Of a stretch of 64,000 nt of DNA, positions 39,635 through 53,437 are shown piece by piece. The notes under the pieces are model-generated. The model worked only from the letters and a program-made list of their open reading frames with translations, had not been told where the DNA came from and ran no database searches. The stretch is from Octopus vulgaris (Eukaryota): NCBI GenBank assembly GCA_951406725.2, contig OX597842.1, positions 24,552,001 to 24,616,000 on the forward strand, given 5' to 3'. A program made the position numbers and the translations under genes. How positions within the stretch are numbered: the stretch's first letter is position 1; every line of letters starts with the position of its first letter.

Positions 39635-40195
39635 TAACCCTTTTGTTACCATATTTCTTTTGAGATTCAGTGTGTTTCTTTCAATTATTTTAAATATAAT
39701 AAAGAATTTAGTAAACTAACTTAGTTATCATTCAACTAGTGTTAGCAACATAAATTGTAACTAAGGTTTCGTGGAAGATTTTAATTCAAAACTTATGAAA
39801 ACAAAACATTTTACCACTGAGTTAGAGCCCGTTTTGGCCGGGTTAGTAACAAAAGGGTGTGGTCTTTGAAATTTATTTTGTTATTAAAATTATATGATAC
39901 AACCTTGTGTAATGTCTACATATACATGGACTTCAGTTCCTCTTCCTTCAGATATTATGTAAAACATTATCCCTTTAGTGTTCAGATTATTCTGTTAAAT
40001 GTAATTCTTTTTCACTCAAATTGTTTTGAATTAATCATGCATTATCTTATGGCTTTGAGGTTTCAATGATGTGATTGTTTATTTCTAGAATGTCAATGTA
40101 GGTTAGGTGTGAGAGGCCAGATACCGCCAGTTTGAATATAAAACATGCAGAATATCTGGGCCTGATATGGCCGGTTTAAACAATAAAGGGTTCAA
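39635..40195. mobile_element. Two adjacent small TIR elements with CCCTTT...AAAGGG ends (~39635-39857 and ~39970-40192); copies at ~43530-44090 and ~62910-63463
   Basis: CCCTTTTGTTAC...GTAACAAAAGGG and CCCTTTA...TAAAGGG inverted ends; superfamily uncertain (piggyBac-like ends). Confidence 0.45.
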
Positions 40196-40982
40196 CTATA
40201 GGATATTGGACAATAATATGATAAGTGACTACTGTTTAACCCTAGGTTATCCCTGACTGAGCAGATCTATTATTAATGAAATTAGGTAATGTTCATGATT
40301 GTTACAACTTCTGTAACAGATCAAACATAAACATAAACTACAATTTAGTGAACCAACCCATCATGACTTTTCCTCTCGTAACTTTATTAATAATAAAAAC
40401 AAACTGCACTCACATATGTTGAAGGTGTGGTCACTAATTTAGAGAAAGTGTTCTGTGAATTGACGTATGAAGAGTAAAGCCAGGACAGAATGGCGATCCT
40501 TCGGTATAGGTACACAAGTGACTTTGCTTACATTTCTGAAGATAACAGAAACCCTTTTCTCCCCCCCCCCAACCCTAAATTACCCCCCACCCACATAAAA
40601 AACACCTTTTTGAAATGTATCCGGTACTTCCGGAAGTACACCGGTACTAGCTAGTCGTAAGTAGTCGATCCTATAACGAGAATTTTTTAAAGAAAGTAAA
40701 TAAATTATTTCTTAGAACAATGTATATGATTTTTTTACACAAATCAAATAAAATGTGTGTGATATATTCTTTTAGTTTTCATATTCTTTAGTAAATAATT
40801 TCTTTTTTAATCCAGCAAATGGATTATCTACCAAAATAATTGAAATTAAAAACCAGGTGCTTTACTGGACAATAGAATTAATATCGATTTCAGACTAGTA
40901 TTAATTAAAACTATCAATACTGTCTGGATTTTCCAATTAGCCAGATACATAGGCTTTTACTAAAAAGAAAATATGTATTACA

Positions 40983-41110
40983 ACTTACCTCTGATGATAA
41001 TTTAGTCGCTGTTTTATAAGAAATATTTTTAATTACACACTCGAACAAGCGGGAAATATTACTGGAAGACACATAGAAAAGCCGACACGGAAAGTCAACG
41101 AAACGAACTA
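40983..41110 (-). promoter_or_regulatory. Putative first exon of ZNF C1
   Basis: Minus strand TTAGTTCGTTTCGTTGAC ... GAG|GTAAGT (exon ends at 40989). Confidence 0.55.
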
Positions 41111-41426
41111 ACATTCCGGTTGTTGTGCGCTTCGTATTTACTCACTTTTGTCTGATGCTGAAATTAAGGTGGTGAACTGTTAATGTTTGTTTATAACTAT
41201 AATAAATTTTTGAAAATGTGAATTGGGCCAAGGTAACGAATAGCCACACCAACCGTTTTTGGCGGTTACGGTTACGCCGGAGTCACATAACATACTTAAC
41301 TTCTTTATTTTCATATAAAGGATATAAGCTTGTACAACTTATAGAACATTGCCATTTTATGAGATTTTGCTGGCAAATTTCAAATTAATGTAAACAATAG
41401 CGGTGTTGGTGGCAACAACAACATTC

Positions 41427-41588
41427 GGATCTTTTCCTTTTGAACGGAAGTTTTTTGCATAATTTCTAGGTAACTAAAAAATTTTAAACTTCGTATACTG
41501 GGAGAATGTGTTTATAAAACATCATCTTCTCATTTTTTACTTACATGGAAATTATTTTAAAAATCTGCCGGTCAAAAGGAAAAAATCC
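41427..41588. mobile_element. Internally deleted MITE (GGATCTTTTCC family) in the palindrome spacer
   Basis: GGATCTTTTCCTTTTGAACGG ... CCGGTCAAAAGGAAAAAATCC. Confidence 0.75.
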
Positions 41589-41619
41589 CTAAATTGCCTC
41601 TCAAAGAAAATTATTTACT

Positions 41620-41762
<143 letters not shown>

Positions 41763-42180
41763 GAAAAACTTCGGTACTGGTATAGATATGTGGTCTACCA
41801 GTGTTAAATAGTATAGCCAGGGTTATATACCTTATCTTTCAGATATTTCAGAGATGAAACACTTTGTACGTTATAAAGGAATTACAAAAACAGAAAGAAT
41901 AGATTTCTAAATATCTCACAGAGATTTATGCAGTAGTGGTACGATAAAGTAGTTGTATACTGTCAACTTAATGTGACAGTCCCATGAAGGGAATCATACT
42001 ACTGCTATTTAGCCCTAGGAAGCAGCAACGTTTCCTGTCTGCCTTGACACATTTCCTGTGTCCTTATGTTTGCAAGGAATTACACAAATAAGAAAAAATT
42101 AATCTTATATTATTTTATATGATAAAGAAATTACACAGATAATCAAGACGATCCATTTTAACAATAGACATTTATGGTTT

Positions 42181-42304
42181 TTCGTTTCGTTGACATTCCG
42201 TGTCGGCTTTTCTATGTGTCTTCCAGTAATATTTCCCGCTCCTTCGAGTGTGTAATTAAAAATATTTCTTATAAAACAGGACTAAATTATCATCAGAGGT
42301 AAGT
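42181..42304 (+). promoter_or_regulatory. Putative first exon of ZNF C2
   Basis: TTCGTTTCGTTGAC ... GAG|GTAAGT (42298/42299); the Inr-like TTAG is lost at the arm boundary. Confidence 0.5.
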
Positions 42305-44567
42305 TGTAATACATATTTTCTTTTTAGTAAAAGCCTATGTATCTGGCTAATTGGAAAATCCAGACAATATTGATAGTTTTAAATAATACTAGTCTGAAAT
42401 CGATATTAATTCTATTGTCCAGTAAAGCACCTGGTTTTTAATTTCAATTATTTTGGTAGATAATCCATTTGCTGGTTGTGTCCATTCAAAGCTGTTTGTT
42501 GTTTTATCACAGATGTATCATTTGCTAAACATCTGTATTTGCTGTTTATTCTGTCAAAATGATACACGTTAATAATTCTGTCCATTTCAGCTTCTCAGAA
42601 TAAATAATCTGCAACATCATAAAACATCAATAGCTAACTGAAACATGTGGCCAGTGATAGCACTATGATAAAAAGCAGATACAGCCTTTTGTAGACAGAA
42701 TCGGCAAATGTCATAAATTGGCGATGGGTACTACTCTAGAAGAGTGGTCCCGGTGTGCGCACTCGCGCTTGTTAGTCGTGACTAGTAGATCCTTACTTTG
42801 TGTTTTTGTTTTATTTAATTAGTTAAAAAAGAAATTATTTACTAAAGAAAATATCTCACACATTTTATTTGACTTGTGTAAAAAATCATATACATTGTTC
42901 TAAGAAATAATTTATTTACTTTCTTTAAAAAATTCTTTTATTTTATTCTGTAAAATCAACTCATTTGCATACGTGCAAGTCGTTGTAGGATCGACTACTT
43001 ACGACTAGCTAGCGCGTACCGTGTCCAGTCTTCGCTAGTAGTACCTGTGTTTTTGTGTTTTATTTACTTTCTTTTAGAAAGGCGATCTTACGGTATAAGT
43101 ACCGGTGTACTTCCGGAAGTACCGGATACATTTCAAAAAGGTGTTTTTTCATATGTAGGGGGTGGGGAAGAAAAGGGTTTCTGTTATCTTCAGAAATATA
43201 AAGTCACGTGTGTACCTATACCGAAGGATCGCCATTCTGTCCTGGCTCTCCTCTTCATGCGTCAATTCACAGAACACTTTCTCTAAATTAGTGACCACAC
43301 CTTCAACATATGTGAGTGCAGTTTGTTTTTATTATTAATAAAGTTACGAGAGGAAAAGTCATGATGGGTTGGTTCACTAAATTGTAGTTTATGTTTATGT
43401 TTGATCTGTTACAGAAGTTGTAACAATCATGAACATTACCTAATTTCATTAATAATAGATCTGCTCAGTCAGGGATAACCTAGGGTTAAACAGTAGTCAC
43501 TTATCATATTATTGTCCAATATCCTATAGTTGAACCCTTTATTGTTTAAACCGGCCATATCAGGCCCAGATATTCTGCATGTTTTATATTCAAACTGGCG
43601 GTATCTGGCCCCTCACACATAACCTACATTGACATTCTAGAAATAAACAATCACATCATTGAAACCTGAAAGCTATAGGATAATGCATGATTAATTCAAA
43701 ACAATTTGAGTGAAAAAGTATTACATTTAACAGAATAATCTGAACACTAAAGGGATAATGTTTTACATAATATCTGAAGGAAGAGGAACTGAAGTCCATG
43801 TATATGTAGACATTACACAAGGTTGTATCATATAATTTTAATAACAAAATAAATTTCAAAGACCACACCCTTTTGTTACTAACCCGGCCAAAACCGGCTC
43901 TGGCTCTGTGGTAAATTGTCTTGTTTTCATAAGTTTTGAATTAAAATCTTCCACCAAACCTTAGTTACAATTTATGTTCCTAACACTAGTTGAATAACTA
44001 AGTTAGTTTACTAAGTTCTTTATTATATTTAAAATAATTGAAAGAAACACACTGAATCTCAAAAGAAATATGATAACAAAAGGGTTACCATATTATAAAT
44101 TACCATAAATATATTTCAAAGACAAATTAAAGGATTATATCCACAGTTTATCATTATGAAGATGTAGTTATATTTTCTTTATAGTTGAATTTCTGCTTTT
44201 TAAGTCTTTCCTATATTTTCTTGTTTCTGTGTCATTTCAGGAGGTGAAATGTTAGTGATACTTCATGAATATTGATCATCTAATGGAAGATGTTATAAAT
44301 ATTTGACATAACTCTGTTTATATGATTTGTCTATGGTGGAAAATTGTGAAATATTTCTTCTGAATTGATGGCAACATTTGTTTCCATCATTGCCTGGAAT
44401 ATTTGCTATAGTATTTCACATTCTGTTTGGAGCGGGAGATATCTGCAAAGGTGTTTGTATCATCTTCAGATATTGATGAAGATCGGAACTGCTGGAAATA
44501 TAAGCAATAGAAATATATAAAAAAGGAAGCAAAATTATATTTTGTGCTTGTATACTATTGAACAATA

Positions 44568-45779
44568 ATGAATCCTCAAGAGATGACAAAAGAAAGAGAA
44601 AAATTAGCATACCAATGTGATATCTGTAAAAAGACTTATTGTAATAAGAGAAATCTCACTGTTCACAAATTCATTCATGCAGGGGGGAAGCCATATCACT
44701 GTGATGTCTGTGGTAAATCATTCTATGATAAAAGTCACCTTACTAAACACAATTACATTCATACAAGAGCGAAACGGTATCACTGTGATATTTGTGGAAA
44801 GTCATTCTTTCAGAAGGTTCACCTTACTTCTCACAAATACAGTCATACAGGTGAGAAACCATATCAATGTGACATTTGTGGTAAATCATTCTCTCATAAA
44901 AGTAGCCTTACTCAACACAAATCCATTCATACAGGAGAGAAACCTTATCAGTGTGATATTTGTGGTAAATCATTCTCTCATAAGATTAGCCTTACTTGTC
45001 ACAAATCCACTCATACAGGAGAGAAACCATATCAGTGTGATATTTGTGGTAAATCATTCTCTGGTAAAAGTAACCTTACGAATCACAAATCCATTCATAC
45101 AGGTGAGAAACCATATTACTGTGATATTTGTGGTAAATCATTCTCCTTTAAGCATAGCCTTACTTATCACAAAGTCAGTCATACAGGGGAGAAACCACAT
45201 CCCTGTGATATATGTGGAAAATCATTCTCCCAGTTAGGTGACTTAACTAGACACAAATACATTCATACAGGAGAGAAACCATATGAATGTGATATTTGTG
45301 GTAAATCATTCTCCCATAAGCACAGCCTTATTTCTCACAAATACATTCATACAGGAGAGAAACCTTATCAATGTGATATTTGTGGTAAATCATTCTCTCA
45401 AATGAGTTGCCTTACTTATCACAAATCCATTCATACAGGAGAGAAACCATATCCCTGTGATATCTGTGGCAAATCTTTTTCATTAAAACGTAATTTAACT
45501 ACTCACAAATTCATTCATACAGGTGAGAAACCATATGAATGTGATATTTGTGGTAAATCATTCTCCCATAAGCACAGCCTTACTTATCACATATCCATTC
45601 ATACAGGAGAGAAACCTTATCACTGCGATATCTGTGGAAAATCATTCTCTCAGAAAATTCACCTCACTTCTCACAAATACATTCATACAGGAGAGAAACC
45701 ATATCAATGTGATATTTGTGGTAAATCTTTTTCATTAAAAGGTAATTTAACGACTCACAAATTCATTCATACAGGTTAG
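44568..45779 (+). CDS. C2H2 zinc-finger protein C2, 14 fingers; five more in-frame fingers follow the TAG, to 46208
   Basis: 403-aa ORF; linker TGE changed to TG* (GAG>TAG at 45777); ORF 45822-46208 is in the same frame. Confidence 0.92.
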   Translation: MNPQEMTKEREKLAYQCDICKKTYCNKRNLTVHKFIHAGGKPYHCDVCGKSFYDKSHLTKHNYIHTRAKRYHCDICGKSFFQKVHLTSHKYSHTGEKPYQCDICGKSFSHKSSLTQHKSIHTGEKPYQCDICGKSFSHKISLTCHKSTHTGEKPYQCDICGKSFSGKSNLTNHKSIHTGEKPYYCDICGKSFSFKHSLTYHKVSHTGEKPHPCDICGKSFSQLGDLTRHKYIHTGEKPYECDICGKSFSHKHSLISHKYIHTGEKPYQCDICGKSFSQMSCLTYHKSIHTGEKPYPCDICGKSFSLKRNLTTHKFIHTGEKPYECDICGKSFSHKHSLTYHISIHTGEKPYHCDICGKSFSQKIHLTSHKYIHTGEKPYQCDICGKSFSLKGNLTTHKFIHTG

Positions 45780-48700
45780 AAACCATATCACTGTGATATT
45801 TGTGGTAAATCATTCTCTCAAATGAGTTGCCTTACTTATCACAAATCCGTTCATACAGGAGAGAAACCATATCCCTGTGATATCTGTGGTAAATCTTTTT
45901 CATTAAAACGTAATTTAACTACTCACAAATTCATTCATACAGGTGAGACACCATATGAATGTGATGTCTGTGGTAAATCATTCTCTCAAAAAAGTCACCT
46001 TTCTTCTCACACATCCATTCATACAGAAGAGAAACCACATGACTGTGATATTTGTGGTAAATCATTCTCTCAGAAGAGAGGCCTTACTAAACACAAATAC
46101 ATTCATACAGGAGAGAAACCTCATCAATGTGATGTCTGTGGAATGTCATTCTCTGAAAGACGTTACCTTGATTCTCACAAACACATTCATACAGGAGAGA
46201 AACCCTAGTAGTTTAATATCTGCAGTAAATCATTCAAAGTCTATTCATAAAGGAGATAAACCATATAACTGTGATATCTGTGGTAAATCATTATCTTGGG
46301 AATGTGCTATATATACTCATAAATGTATTTATGCAAGAGAGAAGCCCTATCACTGTGATAACTATGCTAAATCATTCTCTGTGGAACAATATTTAGCTAA
46401 TCTCAAATTCATTCATACAGGAGAAACCATATAACTGTCATTCTTTTACCATGTGGGTTAACTCAACATGAATACATTCATACAGGAGAAAAACCGTAAC
46501 GCTGTGACATCAGTGATTAATCATTCTCTCGTAATTACTTAACTAAACACAAACATATTCATAGAGGATAAGATTCTTATGACTGTGTAATCTGTGCTAA
46601 ATCATTCTCTCAATAATCTACCTTAACTAAACATATTCTTATTCATATTGATCTATAAAAATAACTGGCATGAAATAGATGTCTTTTCTTTCTTTCACTT
46701 GGTTCAGTCATTTGATTGTGGCCATGCTGGAACACCGCCTTTAGTCAAGCATATCGACCCCAGGACTTATTCTTTGTAAGCCTAGTACTTATTCTATCTG
46801 TCTCTTTTGCCGAACTGCTAAGTTACAGGGACATAAACACACCAGCATCGGTTGTCAAGCGATGTTGTGGGGACAAACAAAGGCACACAATCGTACACAC
46901 ACGTGGCACGTAAAAAGCACCATCTGATCATTGCCGTTTGCCAGCCTCGTCTGGTACCTGTGTAGGTCACAGGTAAAAAGCACCCACTACACTCATGGAG
47001 TGGTTGGCGTTATGAAGGGCATCCAGCTGTAGAAACACTGCCAGATCCGACTGGAGCCTGGTGCAGCCTCCTGGCTTCCCAGACTCTGGTTGAACCGTCC
47101 AACCCATGCTAGCATGGAAAACGGACGTTAAACGATGATGATGATATATACGACGGGCTTCTTTTCAGTTTCCGTCTACGAAATCCACTCACAAGGCTTT
47201 GGTTGGCCTGAAGCTATAGTAGAACACACTTGCCCAAGGTGTCACACAGTGGGACTGAACCCGGGACCATGTGGTTGGTAAGCAAGCTACTTACCACACA
47301 GCCACTCCTATGCCTGGTGAATAAAATACAGCAATTGTATTACTTTTTATTGAATAAATTAATTGTTTCCATTTTCCTCATTTGCTTCAACTCATTAATT
47401 ATGATGTGTGTTTTCCATTCAAATAATATTGATTAAATTAATTTGTTCTATTTTCTTGTGGATGTGTCATTTTGTCATAGTGTTTGGTGTAGAGTGGATG
47501 ATACAGCCTACTTATTTTTTGCTAAATCATTCTGTAGATCCGGTTTTCATGGTCTTGTTCTTACCAGACACCAAGCAGGGATTTATGATGGGCATCTGGT
47601 TAGAATGGCACCTGTTGTGATGAGAGTAGACTGGTCCGAGTAAAGTATACTCCCACCGCCAATCTCTGCGGCCCCTTCCATCTGTCCTTCTGCAACGGCG
47701 CTTGCGGTGGTTTGGACATGCATGTAGGCATCCGGTGGGTGAACTGAGCCGTGATGTCCTCCCAACTCCACTTCCCAACTGGCGGAAACGCATGGGCGGG
47801 CAGCTGAGGACCTGGGTTACGACGATCAAGGAGGACCTCTCTGTGCTCACGGGTCCACAGGTGGTCTGCCTGCGCCGATGGAACCGTGACTGGCTTGCTA
47901 TCTCCAGTGAACTGGCGCAGGACCGTCGTGCGTGGGCTGCCATGGTTTGAGATGCCTCGAGGGTGGTAGAAGAAGCCGACTCAACCCGCCTGGAGTGAAT
48001 GTCGCCACAAGTACAAGTAAGTAGAAGAGGGTGCCATGAAATCGGTCTTTCTATTTATCAGGTAACCCTGGCTGAGGGGCATAAGCCAAGATTATGGTTG
48101 CTAACCCATGTTGCAACACTAATCTAAGCTTAAGTATTCTATCACAGACTCTGACTACCTTGATTACCTTATCAACCCATTCTCTCTGCAAGAAGTATAT
48201 CCATGCCCTCAACTCCATCAGTATTCCCTACCCAGAAAATCTTATACCTACGTTCTTTGCTTGTGAGGAACCTAATAGAACTTCCTCTCCACCTTACTTC
48301 TTGGAAGCAGCACAAATCTACATGGCTCCATTCAAGAATCTCAACAATCTCACCAGACCTATCTTTCAATGTGCCAATTCTGAGGTTGTGGAAGGTGTGG
48401 GCCTGCAAGACCCTGAGGTGGGGGACAACAGCATCAGGTACCTGAAAAGAAAGCTTGAATTTGACAGAACTCATAAACATACAATAGCCTTCAACCTGCA
48501 CACACTACACCATTATTTTGTGCACTAAATTATCAATGCATTCCACAGGAGATAAACACTAAGTATGGATGGGGGAGCATCTAAGCCATTGGAGGTGTTC
48601 AGGGGAAAGGCATCCAATGGGCGTCAGAACATAGGGACTTCCAGTATAGGTGATGGGGGTGGGATGGGCGAACACACCACGAAATGGCAAACACTCTGGC

Positions 48701-50298
48701 TGCCGGTGCAAAAGAATAACAACAACAATGATAATAATAATGAGATAGAACTGGACATTTGCATTCTTAACTAGAGCTGTAAGCAACCGTGTTCGGTTAG
48801 CCAAACTGTGTCAAAATTAGATAAATTATATTTGGTGTTGCTACATGATTTTACTTCACGAATGCTTTTTAGCAATTGCCATTTGGTGCATGAGAGAGTT
48901 CGATGTAGCTGCCCTCATCTGCACCTCCTGCCGTGAAGTTGGTTCATCTAGGATACCTGACAGGAAGAGATCCAGTTTTATTTTAAAGACATCTGCATCC
49001 ACCCCATGCAGGTCTCACAGGTCCTTCGAGAGGATATTGAAGAGCTGTGAACCTCTGAAGCCCAGGCTATCACAGTATCTTGTCCTATATCTTGATGGCA
49101 AATTTGGAGTCCTTGGCACTATGCAGTGGCTCCCAGTTCTAGTATTTGTGTAACACTCGATGCCAAAGTTTGGGACAAGTCCTTCTAGGATCTTCCAGAT
49201 GTATATTATGGCATATCTTTCTCGCCTACGCTCTAAGGAATAGAGTCTTAATCTCTTGAGTCTTTCCCAATAGCCCATATGCTGCACAGAGGCTATCTTC
49301 TTTGTGTAGCTTCGTTGGATTGCCTCAAGTTCTGTGATTAATTTGACACTGGATGGTTGTCCAGCGATGTTAGTGTGACAAACACAGACACATAAGCACA
49401 ACACAAACATACATATACACATATATACGACGGGCTTCTTTCCATGCTTCCTCAGATTCGCCAACACTACACCTGATTTTCTCCCCTCCATACACATGCA
49501 AACATGTATCTGACTCATACACTGTTCACTTTCCAGTCATTTGTACATTACTGCATATACTTTATACACACTTTTGACAAGTTGTGGTGCACCTGAGCAC
49601 TATACAGTAATTTCATTATTATTATTTTAAAAGTCGTGAACACAACCTAATTTCATTAATAGACCTGTTCAGCCAGGGATGATTCCGGGCTAAACAACAG
49701 TGACTTATCACATTTCTGAAGATAGTAGGAAGTTATTGTCCAATATTTTGTAGTTTAACATTTTACATAATATCTGAAGGTAAAGGAACGGAAGTCTGTG
49801 TATAGAGACTAATTATTCGGGTTAAGGTTTATATAAGCAGTTTATTATTATGAAAATGTAGTAATATTTTTTATAGTTGAATCTCTGCTTTTCAAGTCTT
49901 TCCTGTATCTTCTACTGTTTCTGTGTCATTTCAGAATATGAGATGTTAGTGGTATAAAGGAGTTTTTACATCAGATACATCATGAATATTGATCATCATT
50001 TGAAGACTAATGGAAGATATTATAAATAATATATATAACCCTGTTTCTATTACAAATCTATGGTGAATAACTGTGAAATATTTCTTTGGAATTAATACGA
50101 ACGTTTGTTTTCTTCATTGCCAGTATTTTACATTCTGTTTGAATTTGGAAAAATCTGTGAAGGTCTTTGTATTATCTTCAGATATTCGAGAAGATCAGAT
50201 TTGCTGTAAATATAGCAGTAGAAGTATTTGAATCAACAAAGACATTTATAAAGAAGAAAAGAAAAATATATTTTGGTGTTGCATACTGCAGAAGAATA

Positions 50299-51435
50299 AT
50301 GAATCCGCCGGAGATGACAAGAGAAAGAGAAAAATTATCAGACCAATGTGATATCTGTAAAAAGACTTTTCCTAATACAGCGAATCTCACTGTTCACAAG
50401 TGTATTGATCCAAGTGGAAAGCAATATCGCTGTGATATCTGTGGCAGATCATTCTCTAAGAAAAATCATCTTACTCATCACAAATACATTCATACAGGAG
50501 AGAAACCATATCAGTGTAGTATTTGTGGTAAATCATTCTCTCAAAAGACTAGCCTTACTTATCACAAATACATTCATACAGGAGAGAAACCGCATCACTG
50601 TGACATCTGTGGTAAATCATTCTCCCAAAAAAGTCACCTTGATTCTCACAAATACATTCATACAGGAGAGAAACCATATCAGTGTGGTATTTGTGGTAAA
50701 TCATTCTCTCAAAAGACTTGCCTTACTTCTCACAAGTACATTCATACAGGAGAGAAACCACATCACTGTGATATTTGTAATAAATCCTTTTCAATAAGAA
50801 GTTCTTTAACTAAACACAAACTTATTCATGCTCATGAGAAGCCATTTCATTGTGATATTTGTGGTAAATCATTCACTCACAAATGTAACCTTACTTCTCA
50901 CAAATATATTCACACAGGAGAGAAACAATATCAGTGTGATATCTGTAATAAATCTTTTTCATTAAAAAGTTATTTAACCACTCACAAACTAACACATACA
51001 GGTGAGAAGCCATATCACTGCGATATTTGTGGTAAATCATTCTCTCAAAAAGGTAGCCTTATTTCTCACAAATCCATTCATACAGGAGAGAAACCATATC
51101 ACTGCAATATCTGTGGTAAATCCTTTGTAGTGAGAAGTAATTTAACTGCTCATGAACTTACTCACACTGATGAGAGGCCATATCAGTGTGATATCTGTGG
51201 TAAATCATTCTCTCGTAAAAGTAACTTTAATAGACACAAATACATTCATACAGGAGAGAAACAATATCACTGCAATATATGTGGTAAATCCTTTGTATTA
51301 AGAAGTTATTTAACTGCCCATGAACATACTCACACTGATGAGAGGGCATATCAATGTGATATCTGTGGTAAATCATTCTCTGGAAAAAGTAACCTTACTA
51401 GACACAAATACATTCATACAGGAGAGAAATCATAG
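50299..51435 (+). CDS. C2H2 zinc-finger protein B3, 13 fingers, uninterrupted; degenerate tail to ~52200
   Basis: ORF 50167-51435 with conserved ATG (MNPPEM) at 50299; candidate acceptor ending at 49934. Confidence 0.93.
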   Translation: MNPPEMTREREKLSDQCDICKKTFPNTANLTVHKCIDPSGKQYRCDICGRSFSKKNHLTHHKYIHTGEKPYQCSICGKSFSQKTSLTYHKYIHTGEKPHHCDICGKSFSQKSHLDSHKYIHTGEKPYQCGICGKSFSQKTCLTSHKYIHTGEKPHHCDICNKSFSIRSSLTKHKLIHAHEKPFHCDICGKSFTHKCNLTSHKYIHTGEKQYQCDICNKSFSLKSYLTTHKLTHTGEKPYHCDICGKSFSQKGSLISHKSIHTGEKPYHCNICGKSFVVRSNLTAHELTHTDERPYQCDICGKSFSRKSNFNRHKYIHTGEKQYHCNICGKSFVLRSYLTAHEHTHTDERAYQCDICGKSFSGKSNLTRHKYIHTGEKS

Positions 51436-52649
51436 CACTGTGATATCTGCAGTAAATCATTCTAAGTCTATTCATAAAGGAGACAAACTACGTCACTGTG
51501 ATATCTGTGGTAAATCATTCTCTTGGGAATGTGCTATATATACTCATAAATGTATTCATACAAGAGAGAAGCCCTTTCACTGTAAGAGGTGTGGCAAATC
51601 ATTGTCTGTGGAACAATATTTAACTAATCACAAATACATTCATACAGGAGAGAAAGCACTGTAATATCTGCAGTAAATCATTCTGCGTGAGAAAATATTT
51701 TTATCACAAATCCACTTAGATTGGGGAGATATTGTATCACTGTGATCATCATCATCATCGTTTAGCGTCCACTTTCCATGCTAGCATGGGTTGGACGGTT
51801 CAACTGGGGTGTGGGAAGCCAGAAGGCTGCACCAGGCTCCAGTCTGATCTGGCAGTGTTTCTACAGCTGGATGCCCTTCTTAACGCCAACCACTCCGTGA
51901 TTGTAGTGGGTACTTTTTACGTGCCACCGGCAAAGGTGCCAGACGGAACTGGCAAACGGCCACGTTCGGATGGTTCACTTATGTGCCACCGGCCTTGGTA
52001 TCACAGCTACAAATTCCATTGATGTTGATCGATTATGACTTTGATTTTTGGTTTTGATATCTGTAGTAAATCATTCTCTTAGGATTATGTTGTTTAACTA
52101 ATTTTAAATGCATTCATACAGGAGAGAAGACATATTGCTGTGTTATCTGTGCAAAATCATCCTCTTAATGTAATTTAACTAAACCTGATTTATTCATATT
52201 GATCAATAACAATACCAGTGATAAAATGGGGAATAAAATACAGCAATTGTATTACTTTTTTTGAGACAAATAAATTTTTTACATTTTCCTCATTTGCATC
52301 AACTCATTAATTATGATGTGTGTGGTTTTCATTCAAACAATTTTAATTACATTAATTTGCTGTTTTCTTGTGGATATATTATTCCGACACCATTGTGTCA
52401 CATTCCAGTTCCCAACGATGATCAGTTGTTCTCTGCTGGACATGCTTAGGCTATCCCACGATCTGCAGCCTATAATCTAATGAACAATATGTGTCCATAT
52501 CTTGTACTGGGTACACTACATGGAGTTTCTCCTGACATCTTTTCTACATGCCGAGCAGGGCCATCTCTCTGACAAGATCTGTCTTTGGTCTTTGCTAAAT
52601 TTACTGTATAGTTTTTCAATCCAGATCTTGCTTCCATACCTAAAATTTG

Positions 52650-53437
52650 GGATCTTTTCCTTTTGAACGGTGCTTTTCAACACAATTTCTAGTTAACTAA
52701 ACACTTTTAAACTTCGTATACTATTAGAATGTGTTTATAAAACATCATTTTTTCTTGGCTTTATTGAGAAAATTCTATAGTTTGTAAGATATTTCGTCTG
52801 AAAATTCGAGTATTTTGGCAATTTTAACTGATCGCTGACCTCCATTTAGGTAAATAACATTCTGTGCATAATGAATATGTCCCTCCTTTAAGAAACAGAT
52901 TGGGTTTATTTACATTTGTGAAGAAAAAAAGATACCATTCCCCCACCCCGAACCCTAAATCTAAAAGAGATTGAAATGCAATAGATCGATACTAGGGCCA
53001 TAATTATGGATGACAATTTCATACGACACCGCTACGGAAAGTGGGATTTTTTTCTAGCGGTGTCAAATGAAAATGTCACCCATAATTATGGCCCTAGTAT
53101 CGATCTATTGCATTTCAATCTATTTTAGAGTTAGAGTTAGGGGAGTGGGAAGGGTATCTTTTTTTTCTTCACAAATGTAAATAAACCCAATCTGTTTCTT
53201 AAAGGAGGGACATATTCATACATCACGGAATATTTACCTAAATAGACTCCAGCGATTGGTTAAAATTGCCAAAATACTCGAATTTTCAGACGAAATATCT
53301 TACAAACTATAGAATTTTCTCAATAAAGCCCAGAAAAAATGATGTTTTATAAACACATTCTACCAGTATACGAAGTTTAAAAGTGTTTAGTTAACTAGAA
53401 ATTATGTTACAAAGTGCCGTTCAAAAGGAAAAGATCC
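52650..53437. mobile_element. Complete 788-bp fold-back MITE with an 8-bp target-site duplication
   Basis: TIR GGATCTTTTCCTTTTGAACGG; flanks AAAATTTG (52642-52649) and GAAATTTG (53438-53445); arms inverted over ~380 bp; empty site at ~31450. Confidence 0.92.

Noticed and set aside
50167-50298. 44-aa N-terminal extension MYYLQIFEK... of the B genes as an effector domain
   Set aside because: Begins at a TTG and the homologous region in the A and C genes is not open; ATG in AATAATGAAT is the shared start
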